From positions 186,001 to 250,000 of the IMG/VR virus record IMGVR_UViG_3300027985_000918: 64,000 nucleotides of DNA. One strand, given 5' to 3'. This document shows positions 24,624 through 33,582 of the stretch, piece by piece. The notes under the pieces are model-generated. The model ran no database searches and was not told the DNA's origin. It was given only the letters and a program-made list of their open reading frames with translations. Made by a program: the position numbers and the translations under genes. How positions within the stretch are numbered: position 1 is the first letter of the stretch; every line of letters begins with the position of its first letter.

Positions 24624-26456
24624 TCAGTCCTCGAACAGAGCGTCAAGGTCTTCATCGTCGTCCCCGAACACCACACCAGGCAGAACCCCCTTTTCTTTGG
24701 GGTCCCTTTGGGACTTCGGGATCCTGCGGGCCTCTTCGGCCAGCTCCTGGTGGACCTTCTTGCTGGTGTTGTTACGCTCAAGTGCCTTGAGGCCAGCCTC
24801 CTGGCGGGCCTCCTCCTCCAGGCTGGCGTAGATGTCCGCCACCTCGGGGGTTACCGGGATGAACGAGATCTCATCCGCCTCGGACTCCCCCTTGATCCGC
24901 TGTCCCAGGACGGCCTCTACGAGTTCCATCTTGTTGTCCAGGACCTCGATGACCATGTGGTCGATGGTCTTCCAAGCCCGCTTGGACTCATGGCGCCGGG
25001 ACACCAAATGAACAGCGTAGCAACGGTCGTGCCGAGAGCCGATTCGGATCATGCGACCCAGAACCTGGAGGTATTCTCCTGCCGACCAGGGGGTATCGAA
25101 GAAGACGATAGCCTTGGCTGATTGGAGATTGATCGCCTCCCCGCCGGCCGATGTGATGCAGATGACCCGGCAGGGATCATCATGGCCCTGGAACTGTTTC
25201 TTGGCCTCGTTCCTTTGCTTGGCGTCCTCATCCCCGGTCACCCGGACCACATACTGGTTTTTGTCTTTCTTGCCGGTGCTGAGGGCCTGCTGGATGGCAG
25301 GCACCAAGATGTCCACCATCGTCTTGAACCGGGTGAATACGATGACGTTCTCCCCATCAAAGTCCTCGGTCAGCAACTCGATTAGCTTATCCAACTTGGA
25401 GCTGGGACCTTCCTGCCCCGCCAGCTCCAAGTGGTTCGCCGCCTGCTGGTAGTACATAAGAGCGGTGAGCTTCGTGATCTCCTTCTCGTTCTCCCCGAAG
25501 AACATGGGGTTCTTGTTGGCGACCGCCGAGGCGATGTCCGAGTACAGGGTCTCCTGAGCCTTGGAAAGGGGGACTTCGACATTCTTACGGATGAGGACCG
25601 GCAGCTCTTCTGCCACGGCGTGCTTGGGGCGCCCGAGATAGAAGGGGTCAATGGTGTCCCGGAACTCCTGGATGCGCTCGGGGATGTACCCCACCATCTT
25701 GGGGACTCTTCGTCCCCGCCCCACGTCGACCATCTCCATGAGGCAGTAGTGCTTCTGGAAATTGGTGACGTGATTGGAGAACAGGCCGGGCATGACCACT
25801 CGGTAGATGGAGTACCCCTCCACCAAATGATTCTTGATGAGGGTAGCCGTGGCGGCCCAGAGTCTGGTGCAGTGGTTGGCAAGATGGCAGACCACCTGGT
25901 GGGTCTGGCTGTCCTTGTTTTTGTAGGCGGTCGCTTCATCCGTGATTAGAATGTAGCCCTCGTAGTCCTTGAACCGACCGAAGTCCTGCCACGCCTTCTT
26001 GTAGTTCATCACGATGACTTTGGGGCCATCGGCAGACAGATACTCGTTCCAGATCTTCCCTCTTTTCTCGGGAGGGCCTTCATAGAGGAAGGCGTTGACC
26101 CCCTCGGTGAACTTGTTGAACTCCTCCACCCACTGAGGGGCCGAAGACTTCGTGGTCAAAATGACGGCGGGGGTGTCGGGGGTCTTATCCCAGATCAGGC
26201 TGAGTCCAGCGATAATCTCCAGAGTCTTGCCCAGGCCGGTGTCGTCCCCTACAAGGAACCGCCGCATAGCAGCCAGATGAACCACCATCTGGATCTGATA
26301 GTAGCGGAGGACAAGGGGCTTCTCCTTGCCGTCCATCGGGTCAATGTAGGTGCTCCGGAGGTACTTGTTCGGAGGGAGCTTGAGGTCCGTTCGCTCCCTC
26401 ATCCTCTTTAGCTTTTCGTACAGCTTCGCCAATCGGTCTTCCGATTCCAAGTCCAC
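24624..26456 (-). CDS. SNF2-family helicase/ATPase
   Basis: DDTGLGKT, ITDEAT, ATATLIKN, TSAGGEAINLQ, QVLGRMIRIG. Confidence 0.93.
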   Translation of the reverse strand: MDLESEDRLAKLYEKLKRMRERTDLKLPPNKYLRSTYIDPMDGKEKPLVLRYYQIQMVVHLAAMRRFLVGDDTGLGKTLEIIAGLSLIWDKTPDTPAVILTTKSSAPQWVEEFNKFTEGVNAFLYEGPPEKRGKIWNEYLSADGPKVIVMNYKKAWQDFGRFKDYEGYILITDEATAYKNKDSQTHQVVCHLANHCTRLWAATATLIKNHLVEGYSIYRVVMPGLFSNHVTNFQKHYCLMEMVDVGRGRRVPKMVGYIPERIQEFRDTIDPFYLGRPKHAVAEELPVLIRKNVEVPLSKAQETLYSDIASAVANKNPMFFGENEKEITKLTALMYYQQAANHLELAGQEGPSSKLDKLIELLTEDFDGENVIVFTRFKTMVDILVPAIQQALSTGKKDKNQYVVRVTGDEDAKQRNEAKKQFQGHDDPCRVICITSAGGEAINLQSAKAIVFFDTPWSAGEYLQVLGRMIRIGSRHDRCYAVHLVSRRHESKRAWKTIDHMVIEVLDNKMELVEAVLGQRIKGESEADEISFIPVTPEVADIYASLEEEARQEAGLKALERNNTSKKVHQELAEEARRIPKSQRDPKEKGVLPGVVFGDDDEDLDALFED

Positions 26457-26507
26457 TGTCCCTCCGAGTTCGTCCCCCTTGCTACTCGGGACGGCGGGAG
26501 GATCGGC

Positions 26508-27110
26508 CTACCTCAGAAGGGAAGTCAGGAGAGGCTGCATGATGTCGGGGTACCGGAACCAGGAAGGCTCGGTGACGGCGGCTCCCCGCAAGGCCTCATA
26601 CAGGTACACGAGGGTCTTGCCAGCCAGCCCGTCATGCCGGCGGAGGATCTTCTCCAGCCGCCTCTGGTGTCTCTTGGAGATACCCAGCAACTCCTTTGAG
26701 AGGGCAGCGATGAGGGTCCCCTGAGCCCAGATGGACATCCGTGAGATCAGCACATCCAATTGGTCTTCCAGGCTTTCCGGGATCAACTGGAACCCCTTGT
26801 CGTAGTTGGGGACTTGGTCGGACCGGACCATCAAATCCCTAGCGAGGGCCAGGGCTCGCCGGGGTTCCTTGGCAAGAGGCCACGTCCGGGACTGGGTAAT
26901 CAGAGTCCAGAACACGTAGGGCAGGGCCTCCGGCGGGAGACCCGCCTTGTGGGCTTCCACGATCACCGCCATCTGGAAGTCCCGCCCCTTCGCCAAGGCG
27001 GCCACCTCGAACTCTGCGATGACCTGCTGGACCACCTCATTCTCGGGGGCCTCCCTTTCATGGGGTTCTCCCGTGATCCTGTCCCAGAACCGGGTGAGGA
27101 AATTGCTCAT
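26508..27110 (-). CDS. Hypothetical protein (200 aa)
   Basis: Packed ORF overlapping the upstream gene by 4 nt. Confidence 0.7.
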   Translation of the reverse strand: MSNFLTRFWDRITGEPHEREAPENEVVQQVIAEFEVAALAKGRDFQMAVIVEAHKAGLPPEALPYVFWTLITQSRTWPLAKEPRRALALARDLMVRSDQVPNYDKGFQLIPESLEDQLDVLISRMSIWAQGTLIAALSKELLGISKRHQRRLEKILRRHDGLAGKTLVYLYEALRGAAVTEPSWFRYPDIMQPLLTSLLR

Positions 27111-27847
27111 GCCAGGTCTCCGATGTCCACCACGACCCTACCGGGACCGCTGATTGCCAGGAGAGCACCCCCCGGGCGCTTCTGCACCTTGACCCCGCCG
27201 GCCCCCTGGATAACCACCTCCCGCCCATGGACGAAGATGTGCCCACTCCCGATCTCAGAAACTCGGGGCTGAGGAGGTTCCATTTCTGTGAGGGCTTCGA
27301 CGAGGTCGTCGAGGGAGCTGCGGCCGAGGGCTAGGGTGTGGATCTGCCCAGTGGTCCGAGGGCCGATGATGCCGTCGATGGGTCCGGGGTTCTTCCCTAC
27401 CCGGTGGAGCTGAGCCTGGATGTACCGCTCCGTCTGGTGAGACCCCTCCCACCTGCCCACATCCACCAAGGCTGCGGCCTGCATTGAGGTCCAGGCGAGG
27501 TGCCCCCTCCCTTCCGCCAGAAGGTTGTCCCCCACGACCTGCCACGGCCCAAGGAAGTGGAACCGAATGTCTGGGTCCCCCTCGATGACCGGCCATCGAG
27601 CCCAGGGGGTGAACCCCAGCGGGATGGCGAACCCCCAAGCGGCGTGCAGGGCCTCCAGTGGAGTCCTGTCCTTTCTCTTGAGCTGGATCAGAACCTCACG
27701 CCCCGCTTGGGACATTGGGGACGGCCCAGCGGAGACGGCTACCTTCCAGTCGTTCTCCGACGCCTTGGTCTCCAATGTGCGAAGAGCCTGGGCCATGTCG
27801 GGGGTCGAGATGAGGCCCCGGTAATTGATGAGTCGGGTACGTTCCAC
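27107..27847 (-). CDS. Peptidoglycan-binding-domain protein
   Basis: IQAQLHRVGKNPGPIDGIIGPRT is a PG_binding_1-like motif. GGAG RBS before the GTG. Confidence 0.7.
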   Translation of the reverse strand: MERTRLINYRGLISTPDMAQALRTLETKASENDWKVAVSAGPSPMSQAGREVLIQLKRKDRTPLEALHAAWGFAIPLGFTPWARWPVIEGDPDIRFHFLGPWQVVGDNLLAEGRGHLAWTSMQAAALVDVGRWEGSHQTERYIQAQLHRVGKNPGPIDGIIGPRTTGQIHTLALGRSSLDDLVEALTEMEPPQPRVSEIGSGHIFVHGREVVIQGAGGVKVQKRPGGALLAISGPGRVVVDIGDLA

Positions 27848-27868
27848 GTCAGCGCTCCTGCTTGACCT

Positions 27869-28744
27869 TTAGATCTCGTTGTGAATGAGTTGGCCCAACT
27901 CCGAAGAACAATAAGGGCATTCCCCTTTGGGTCCGTAGGTCCAGAAGTGGTCCGATCCCCACTCCGAGGGCTCCCCACACACTGGGCATGTGATAGTCTC
28001 CCTACCGGCCAAGACCAACCTCTTTGAGAAGTGGGGGTTTCCCTCCTGGGGGTAGCTCAGGGGATTGCACCGGAACCGGCAGTTGCCGATCTGGAAAGCC
28101 ATCGAGTCGTGAGTGTGGCCGAACGCCCACCAGTCTCCCCGCCCCAACACCTCCTGGGGCATCTGGCAGAGAAAGAAGCGGTTCATCCCCGCACTCGGCC
28201 CCTTGCGGTATTTGGGATGAATCCCTTGGGCGTCCGGGATGTGGTGAGTGACGACGAAGTCCCCCTCCTGGATGTTCTCCGACAGGTACCTCATGCTGTC
28301 GGAGCACACATCGTACACCCAGTCCTTGAACCCTCGAATGACTCGGAAATCGTTCAACCACCCCTCGTACCTGTAGCTGTCAGGGGTGTCTGGAAACCAG
28401 AGGGTCCCCCCGATGAACCGCTGCCCCGCAAGGGTCACGGTGCTGTTCTCCAACCAGTGAACGGTGGGGAACTCCTTCTGGATCACCTCCATGTGGCGGG
28501 TAATGTCCTCTCGGGTGCCCCCATAGAACTCATGGTTACCGGCCACCATCACGATGGGGGTCTCCCCGTACCGCTGAACAAGGAACCTGAGCCCCTGTCG
28601 CAGACTCCCACCCTTCTGGGTGCCGGTGTCCCCCGCCAGGACCAGGACATCCACACCCTGAGGGTTGAGGCTGCTCACAAAGGCACGGCCCCCATCTCTG
28701 TGGAACTCAAAGTGAAGGTCGCTCAGAAGCTGGATTTTTGGCAT
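27869..28744 (-). CDS. Calcineurin-like metallophosphoesterase with C-terminal Zn ribbon
   Basis: SDLH, LAGD, AGNHE, VTHH, FGHTH; C-terminal CPVC..CPYC. Confidence 0.92.
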   Translation of the reverse strand: MPKIQLLSDLHFEFHRDGGRAFVSSLNPQGVDVLVLAGDTGTQKGGSLRQGLRFLVQRYGETPIVMVAGNHEFYGGTREDITRHMEVIQKEFPTVHWLENSTVTLAGQRFIGGTLWFPDTPDSYRYEGWLNDFRVIRGFKDWVYDVCSDSMRYLSENIQEGDFVVTHHIPDAQGIHPKYRKGPSAGMNRFFLCQMPQEVLGRGDWWAFGHTHDSMAFQIGNCRFRCNPLSYPQEGNPHFSKRLVLAGRETITCPVCGEPSEWGSDHFWTYGPKGECPYCSSELGQLIHNEI

Positions 28745-28767
28745 GGGGGTTCCTCCCTGTTCTCTGT

Positions 28768-28797
28768 TTGTCTACCCTACCGGAGACGGTAGAATGG
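28768..28797. promoter_or_regulatory. Divergent promoter region with palindrome CTACCG-GAGA-CGGTAG
   Basis: Plus strand TTGTCT-N16-TAGAAT; minus strand GGTAGGGT. Lies between the divergent phosphoesterase and uvrD genes. Confidence 0.5.
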
Positions 28798-28818
28798 CTA
28801 TGCAAGGCTTCATGGTGA

Positions 28819-31800
28819 GTGCCGGATTCCCAATCCGAGGCGGAGGACATAGACATCATGCGGGATAGCATCATCCTGATTGCCACCCAACATATGCGTC
28901 GCACGGCGGCAGCAGTCGACTTGACGATCACAGGGCTGATCGATCACCTCAACTTCTTCCTGGCTATCCAGGCCCTCCGAGATTGGGTGGTTGCCAACGA
29001 GGGTGCGAAGGAGGCGGAAGACCACCTGAACGCAGGCCTGGCCTATGCCCTACGCTATCTCCCGGAGGCCCGAGAGCTGTTCATCGAGCATTTCAGCCTG
29101 CTCGCCGCTGAAGACCCCCAAATCCAGCAAGCCCTCCGCATTGCCACCATGGGTGGCGGGAAAGAAGGCGTCTGGAACTTCTGCAAGGCCGTCGTGATGG
29201 CCTTGTCCCGACTGAACCTCAAAAAAGTGGACCTGGCCAAGATTTCCGACGGGGAAGATCTCAAGAGGTTTCGCCAGATCGCTGCCATCGCCGCCACCGA
29301 ATCTCCCGCAGCTCGCCTTAATGCCTGTGCTGGGGTGATCCACAAGAGGAACCGCAGGTCCAAGGCGTGGATCACGAAGGCTGCTTCCCTGGCTCATGCA
29401 GCCCCGTCCGATGATGAGGCCCTGGTTACCGCCGCTGCTGAAGCCCGTTCGGCCGCTGCCGAGATGGCGGTCATCGAAGCTCGCATCGAGGGGGCCGCCG
29501 ATGGCGAGGAAGAGAAGGTCGCAGACCTGAAGATCCAGAAGGCCAATCTGGCAGCGGCTATCGCCGCCATTGCAGAGGCGAGCCCGAACCCCTCCGTGAT
29601 CAAGGCTGTCGCCGCCACTGAACGAACCACCCAAACCTCCCACGCCACCGAGATGGGCAAGAAGCTCGGGATGACTCCCGAGCAGGAGAAAGCGATGATG
29701 GCCTCCGGCAAGGCCATCATCGCCGCAGGTGCTGGATCCGGTAAGACCCGAGTGCTGGCGGGCAAGGTTGTGGACATCATCACCCGAGAGGGCGTCCGGT
29801 CCGACCGCATCATCGCCACCAGCTTCAGCAAGAAGTCCGCTGCCGAGCTAAAGAAGAGGGTCCTCGACTACGGAGGGGCAAACCTTCTGGATGCTGGGGA
29901 TGACGGGTTCGGCACCACCCACTCCGTCGCCCTCAAGCTCCTACGGCAGTTCAGCCCCCAGATCGCCAACGCCAAGATTATGGACTCGGACGCCTACTTG
30001 GTGAAGATGGCAATGAAGCAGGTTATGCTCCGCCCCGAGTACGGCAGCTATCCGGTGGATCCGGAACCTGTCGGAATGTTTGATGGCCTGTACCAGCCCG
30101 ACATCCAAGGTGATGCCCCCATTGACACCGGCTGGGTCCCCGAGGCCGTCGAGGCGGGACCCCCTCCAGACCGGGATTCCGGAAAGAAGGAGCTGCATAC
30201 GGCTATCCGGGGCCGCTGGGGTCTTCGTGGCCTTGGCGAGTGGGCCGACGGCAAGGGATTCTCTTGGGGCCGCAGCCTGATCCGGTTTTGTGATTACATC
30301 ACGGACAACGGCCTTGGGCCCGCCGACCTGGACGATGCGGCATGGCAGGAGCTGAAACGCATCCTGCACACCAACTCGGGGGCGAGCAACATCGGGCGCA
30401 ACCGTGCTCTGAACATGTCCTCCGACGCCTTCTGGCAGCTCATGGAAACCTCCCGAGCAAATGTCATGGGCAAGATGGCTGCGGGGACTAAAGGCCGGGG
30501 GAAGGGGTCGGATAAGGCAAGTCGGTACTGGAACGAACCAGCGAACCAATGGTTCAACCTGGGAATCAAGAAGATGGTGGACACTGGTGGCCGAGCCATC
30601 GGTGTCAAACGGTTCTCAACCGCTATTTCCAAGCACCGGGCGAACCTGGTAACTCCTTCTCAGGCCTGGGCCAAAGAGAAGGACGTATTTGCCGCCGTCT
30701 ACGGAGCCTATGACTGGCTGAAGCACAACGACCCAGTCAACGCTGGGCAAATCGACTTCGACGACATGCTGGTCGAAGCATGCAAGATGCTGGTCGCCAA
30801 CCCAACCGCTCGGGCAATGGTACAGGCCAAGTTCACCCACGTCCTGGTGGATGAAGCCCAGGACCTAAACCGAGCCCAACACGTTCTGTTCGGACTCGTC
30901 ACGGGGTACTACGACCCCCAGACCCTTCAGCCCCGGTCCGATGGCAAGATGAAGGCCAATACTTTCGTCTTCATTGGTGACGACAAGCAGGCCATCTACG
31001 AGTTCCGTGGGGCCACCCCCGATCTGTTCATCGAGCGGTCTGACGCTTTCCAGAGCGGAGAGGGACAGAAGGGTGACTTCGAGACCCACATGCTGGAGAT
31101 GAATTTCCGCTCCGGCAGTGACATCGTGGACGCCGCCAACAAGCTCATCGCCCACAACAGCAAGCAGATCCCGATGGTCTGCAAGGCCAACGTGGATCGG
31201 AAGGGCAAAGGGCTCATCCACAACGTCGAGGTCTCGACCCACGAAGAGGGGGCCGCCTACACCGCCGAACAGATCGAAGAAATGATCGATGGTGAAGGGG
31301 CCATCGCCACCCCCGATGACTTCGGTGTCGCCGTCCGCACCAACGCCGAGGCCTACGCCTTCGGTGTCGAGATGCTGAAGCGGGGCATCCCCTTCCGCAG
31401 CAAGGTCAGCTTCTTCAACGACCCGACCACCCAGGCCCTGGTCCTATGGCTCAAGCTGGCGGGCTCCTCTAACCCTAAGGACATCAACGAGGTAGTCCTG
31501 AACGCCCACCGAGTCCCCAGATTCAACCTGGACAAGACCTTCGAGATGGAAATCCAGAAGCAGGCCAGGGGGCAGAACTACCTAGAGTTCCTGAGCGGTG
31601 GCGGGTGGAGGTACATCTACACGGGTGACCGGCAGGAGTGGCGCAACGAGAAGAATGTCCGCCCCTACGTGGAAGCCCTGGAGTACGTCCACAACCTGGC
31701 GGGGGACCCCCAGGACATCCTTAACGAGATTTTGAACCTCAAGGGCTCCGAGATGTTCGGGGAGCGCCAGACGGTCATTGACTCTCTGATCGAGAAGGTC

Positions 31801-32541
31801 AAGGGGTCCCCCGAACACATGGATATGTTGTCCGAAGAGAGCGAGGACGGGTCCATCACGGACGAGGCCATCAAGGGCCTCGCCCTGGCCCCCATCCAGC
31901 CCCTCATGGGCCTCATTGGGGACTACGAAGACCTGGGCCCCGCCCTGGCCTTCGTGGAACGCCTCCAAAAGGCCAACGATAAGAAGCACAAAGATGATAA
32001 CCCCGATGCCGCCGACTACCACGAGCCGGCCGTCGTCATCGACACATGTCACGGTTGGAAGGGGCTGGAGACGAAGCACATCTTCGTACCGATGGCGAAG
32101 GGGGTGTTCCCCCACAAGGCTTCCGAGGGGGATGAGGAGCAAATGGCCTCCGAGCGTCGTTTGGCCTACGTGGCCCTGACCCGAGGAGAAAACTCGGTGA
32201 CCATCATCAACCCGATGGTCACTCACACCGGGCAGCCCGGTGGGGTCTCCCAGTTCGTGGGCGAGGCGTGCATCCGTCCGCTGGGCGGGGAAGACGTGAC
32301 CGCCAAGCAGGCGTCTCTGGAGCCCTTCGACTGGCAGGAAATGTCCCTCGGGGACATGGGTGAGTCGGACATCGACTTCACCGACTACGAATCCTGGGCC
32401 GAAGAGCAGGTGGACCTGGAGAACACCTGGGAGGGGGACCTATCCCTCAACGGTGACCCCCTGGCAGAGCAATGGAAAGACACCGGGTACGAGGACGACC
32501 TAGACCCCCTCACTGCAGCCTGGGAAGGCCTGGAGGACTGA
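28819..32541 (+). CDS. uvrD: UvrD/PcrA-like SF1 helicase with long N-terminal extension and insertion
   Basis: AGAGSGKT, VDEAQD, IGDDKQAIYEFRGA, NFRS, HGWKGLE, ERRLAYVALTRG. The likely start is ATG 28858 (GGAGG RBS). Confidence 0.93.
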   Translation: MPDSQSEAEDIDIMRDSIILIATQHMRRTAAAVDLTITGLIDHLNFFLAIQALRDWVVANEGAKEAEDHLNAGLAYALRYLPEARELFIEHFSLLAAEDPQIQQALRIATMGGGKEGVWNFCKAVVMALSRLNLKKVDLAKISDGEDLKRFRQIAAIAATESPAARLNACAGVIHKRNRRSKAWITKAASLAHAAPSDDEALVTAAAEARSAAAEMAVIEARIEGAADGEEEKVADLKIQKANLAAAIAAIAEASPNPSVIKAVAATERTTQTSHATEMGKKLGMTPEQEKAMMASGKAIIAAGAGSGKTRVLAGKVVDIITREGVRSDRIIATSFSKKSAAELKKRVLDYGGANLLDAGDDGFGTTHSVALKLLRQFSPQIANAKIMDSDAYLVKMAMKQVMLRPEYGSYPVDPEPVGMFDGLYQPDIQGDAPIDTGWVPEAVEAGPPPDRDSGKKELHTAIRGRWGLRGLGEWADGKGFSWGRSLIRFCDYITDNGLGPADLDDAAWQELKRILHTNSGASNIGRNRALNMSSDAFWQLMETSRANVMGKMAAGTKGRGKGSDKASRYWNEPANQWFNLGIKKMVDTGGRAIGVKRFSTAISKHRANLVTPSQAWAKEKDVFAAVYGAYDWLKHNDPVNAGQIDFDDMLVEACKMLVANPTARAMVQAKFTHVLVDEAQDLNRAQHVLFGLVTGYYDPQTLQPRSDGKMKANTFVFIGDDKQAIYEFRGATPDLFIERSDAFQSGEGQKGDFETHMLEMNFRSGSDIVDAANKLIAHNSKQIPMVCKANVDRKGKGLIHNVEVSTHEEGAAYTAEQIEEMIDGEGAIATPDDFGVAVRTNAEAYAFGVEMLKRGIPFRSKVSFFNDPTTQALVLWLKLAGSSNPKDINEVVLNAHRVPRFNLDKTFEMEIQKQARGQNYLEFLSGGGWRYIYTGDRQEWRNEKNVRPYVEALEYVHNLAGDPQDILNEILNLKGSEMFGERQTVIDSLIEKVKGSPEHMDMLSEESEDGSITDEAIKGLALAPIQPLMGLIGDYEDLGPALAFVERLQKANDKKHKDDNPDAADYHEPAVVIDTCHGWKGLETKHIFVPMAKGVFPHKASEGDEEQMASERRLAYVALTRGENSVTIINPMVTHTGQPGGVSQFVGEACIRPLGGEDVTAKQASLEPFDWQEMSLGDMGESDIDFTDYESWAEEQVDLENTWEGDLSLNGDPLAEQWKDTGYEDDLDPLTAAWEGLED

Positions 32542-32544
32542 CAG

Positions 32545-33582
32545 ATGGCAGGTGAGCGATTCGTCCCTATCACCCGGGAAGAGTTCGAGCAGTGGCTCAA
32601 TGGGTTTGCAAAGAAAGCCCCCTACAAAGGCTGGAAGCGGTATGGCTCCACGGCTGGCTCTTACATCGTCAAGTTCTCCGACTATGTGGGCTGCCTCATC
32701 ACCACGACATTGACCAAGGGTGATGAGGTCAAAGGTGTCGGAGAGGCCAGTACGAAGATGCGACTAGTCGCTGTGGAAGACGGACGCCTCCTGAATAAAA
32801 AGGCCTCCCCCCAGAGATACTACCGCACCAAGGGCTGGGCGAAGACCTGGAAAGAGAAGGGGGTAGACTGGTGGTACAAGGACATCTACCTCGCCTCCCA
32901 GGACTTCTACGAGGACAAGGCCAGCATCCCTGACGTGGGCGCCCACGTCGAGGAATGGACGAATAACATCAAGTCCATCCCCGAATGGGAAAAAGACCCC
33001 TTCCTCAAGAAGCAGATGGAGGCCCTGAGTAAGGGCTGGACAATCAGCAAGAAGGTTCGGGATTCCATCGAGAGGATGATGTCTCGCCCCAGTCGGTCGA
33101 GCCGCCCCGCTCCCGAGGAACTGGGGGACGGCGAAACCTCGAACCCGGGGCAGGCCGCTTTGCCCGAGTGGATGACCAAGATCGAGTCCATCGAGGGCTG
33201 GAGGGACAACAGCTTCCTCAAAACCATGCACGACAAGGCTCGACGAGGGTTCCCTCTGACTGACCGGATGCAGGAAGGCATCGAGAAATTCCTGTTGAAC
33301 GAAAAGTCTCGCACTCGCCCCCAGGCCGACCCCCCTGGCAGCAGCCTCACTACGGAACAGAGAGCGTTCGTCGAGCGGATGAGGGCTATGAAAGACCTGG
33401 CTGGGAAAGCCAAGGACGACTGGACGGTCGGATTCCTCAACACCCTCATCACAAGAGCTGAGCGGGGGCAGTCCTTCTCCGACCGTCAGAAAGAGATCCT
33501 ACGGGATAAGATGAGGGTCTACAACACAGGCAGGCGGGCCGCCCTTCGTGTGGCTCGGGCATTCCTAAGGCAGTACCGCTAA
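32545..33582 (+). CDS. Hypothetical protein with three W..(F)L......G..(L/I/F)(S/T) helical repeats
   Basis: WEKDPFLKKQMEALSKGWTISKK, WRDNSFLKTMHDKARRGFPLTDR, WTVGFLNTLITRAERGQSFSDR. Confidence 0.8.
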   Translation: MAGERFVPITREEFEQWLNGFAKKAPYKGWKRYGSTAGSYIVKFSDYVGCLITTTLTKGDEVKGVGEASTKMRLVAVEDGRLLNKKASPQRYYRTKGWAKTWKEKGVDWWYKDIYLASQDFYEDKASIPDVGAHVEEWTNNIKSIPEWEKDPFLKKQMEALSKGWTISKKVRDSIERMMSRPSRSSRPAPEELGDGETSNPGQAALPEWMTKIESIEGWRDNSFLKTMHDKARRGFPLTDRMQEGIEKFLLNEKSRTRPQADPPGSSLTTEQRAFVERMRAMKDLAGKAKDDWTVGFLNTLITRAERGQSFSDRQKEILRDKMRVYNTGRRAALRVARAFLRQYR

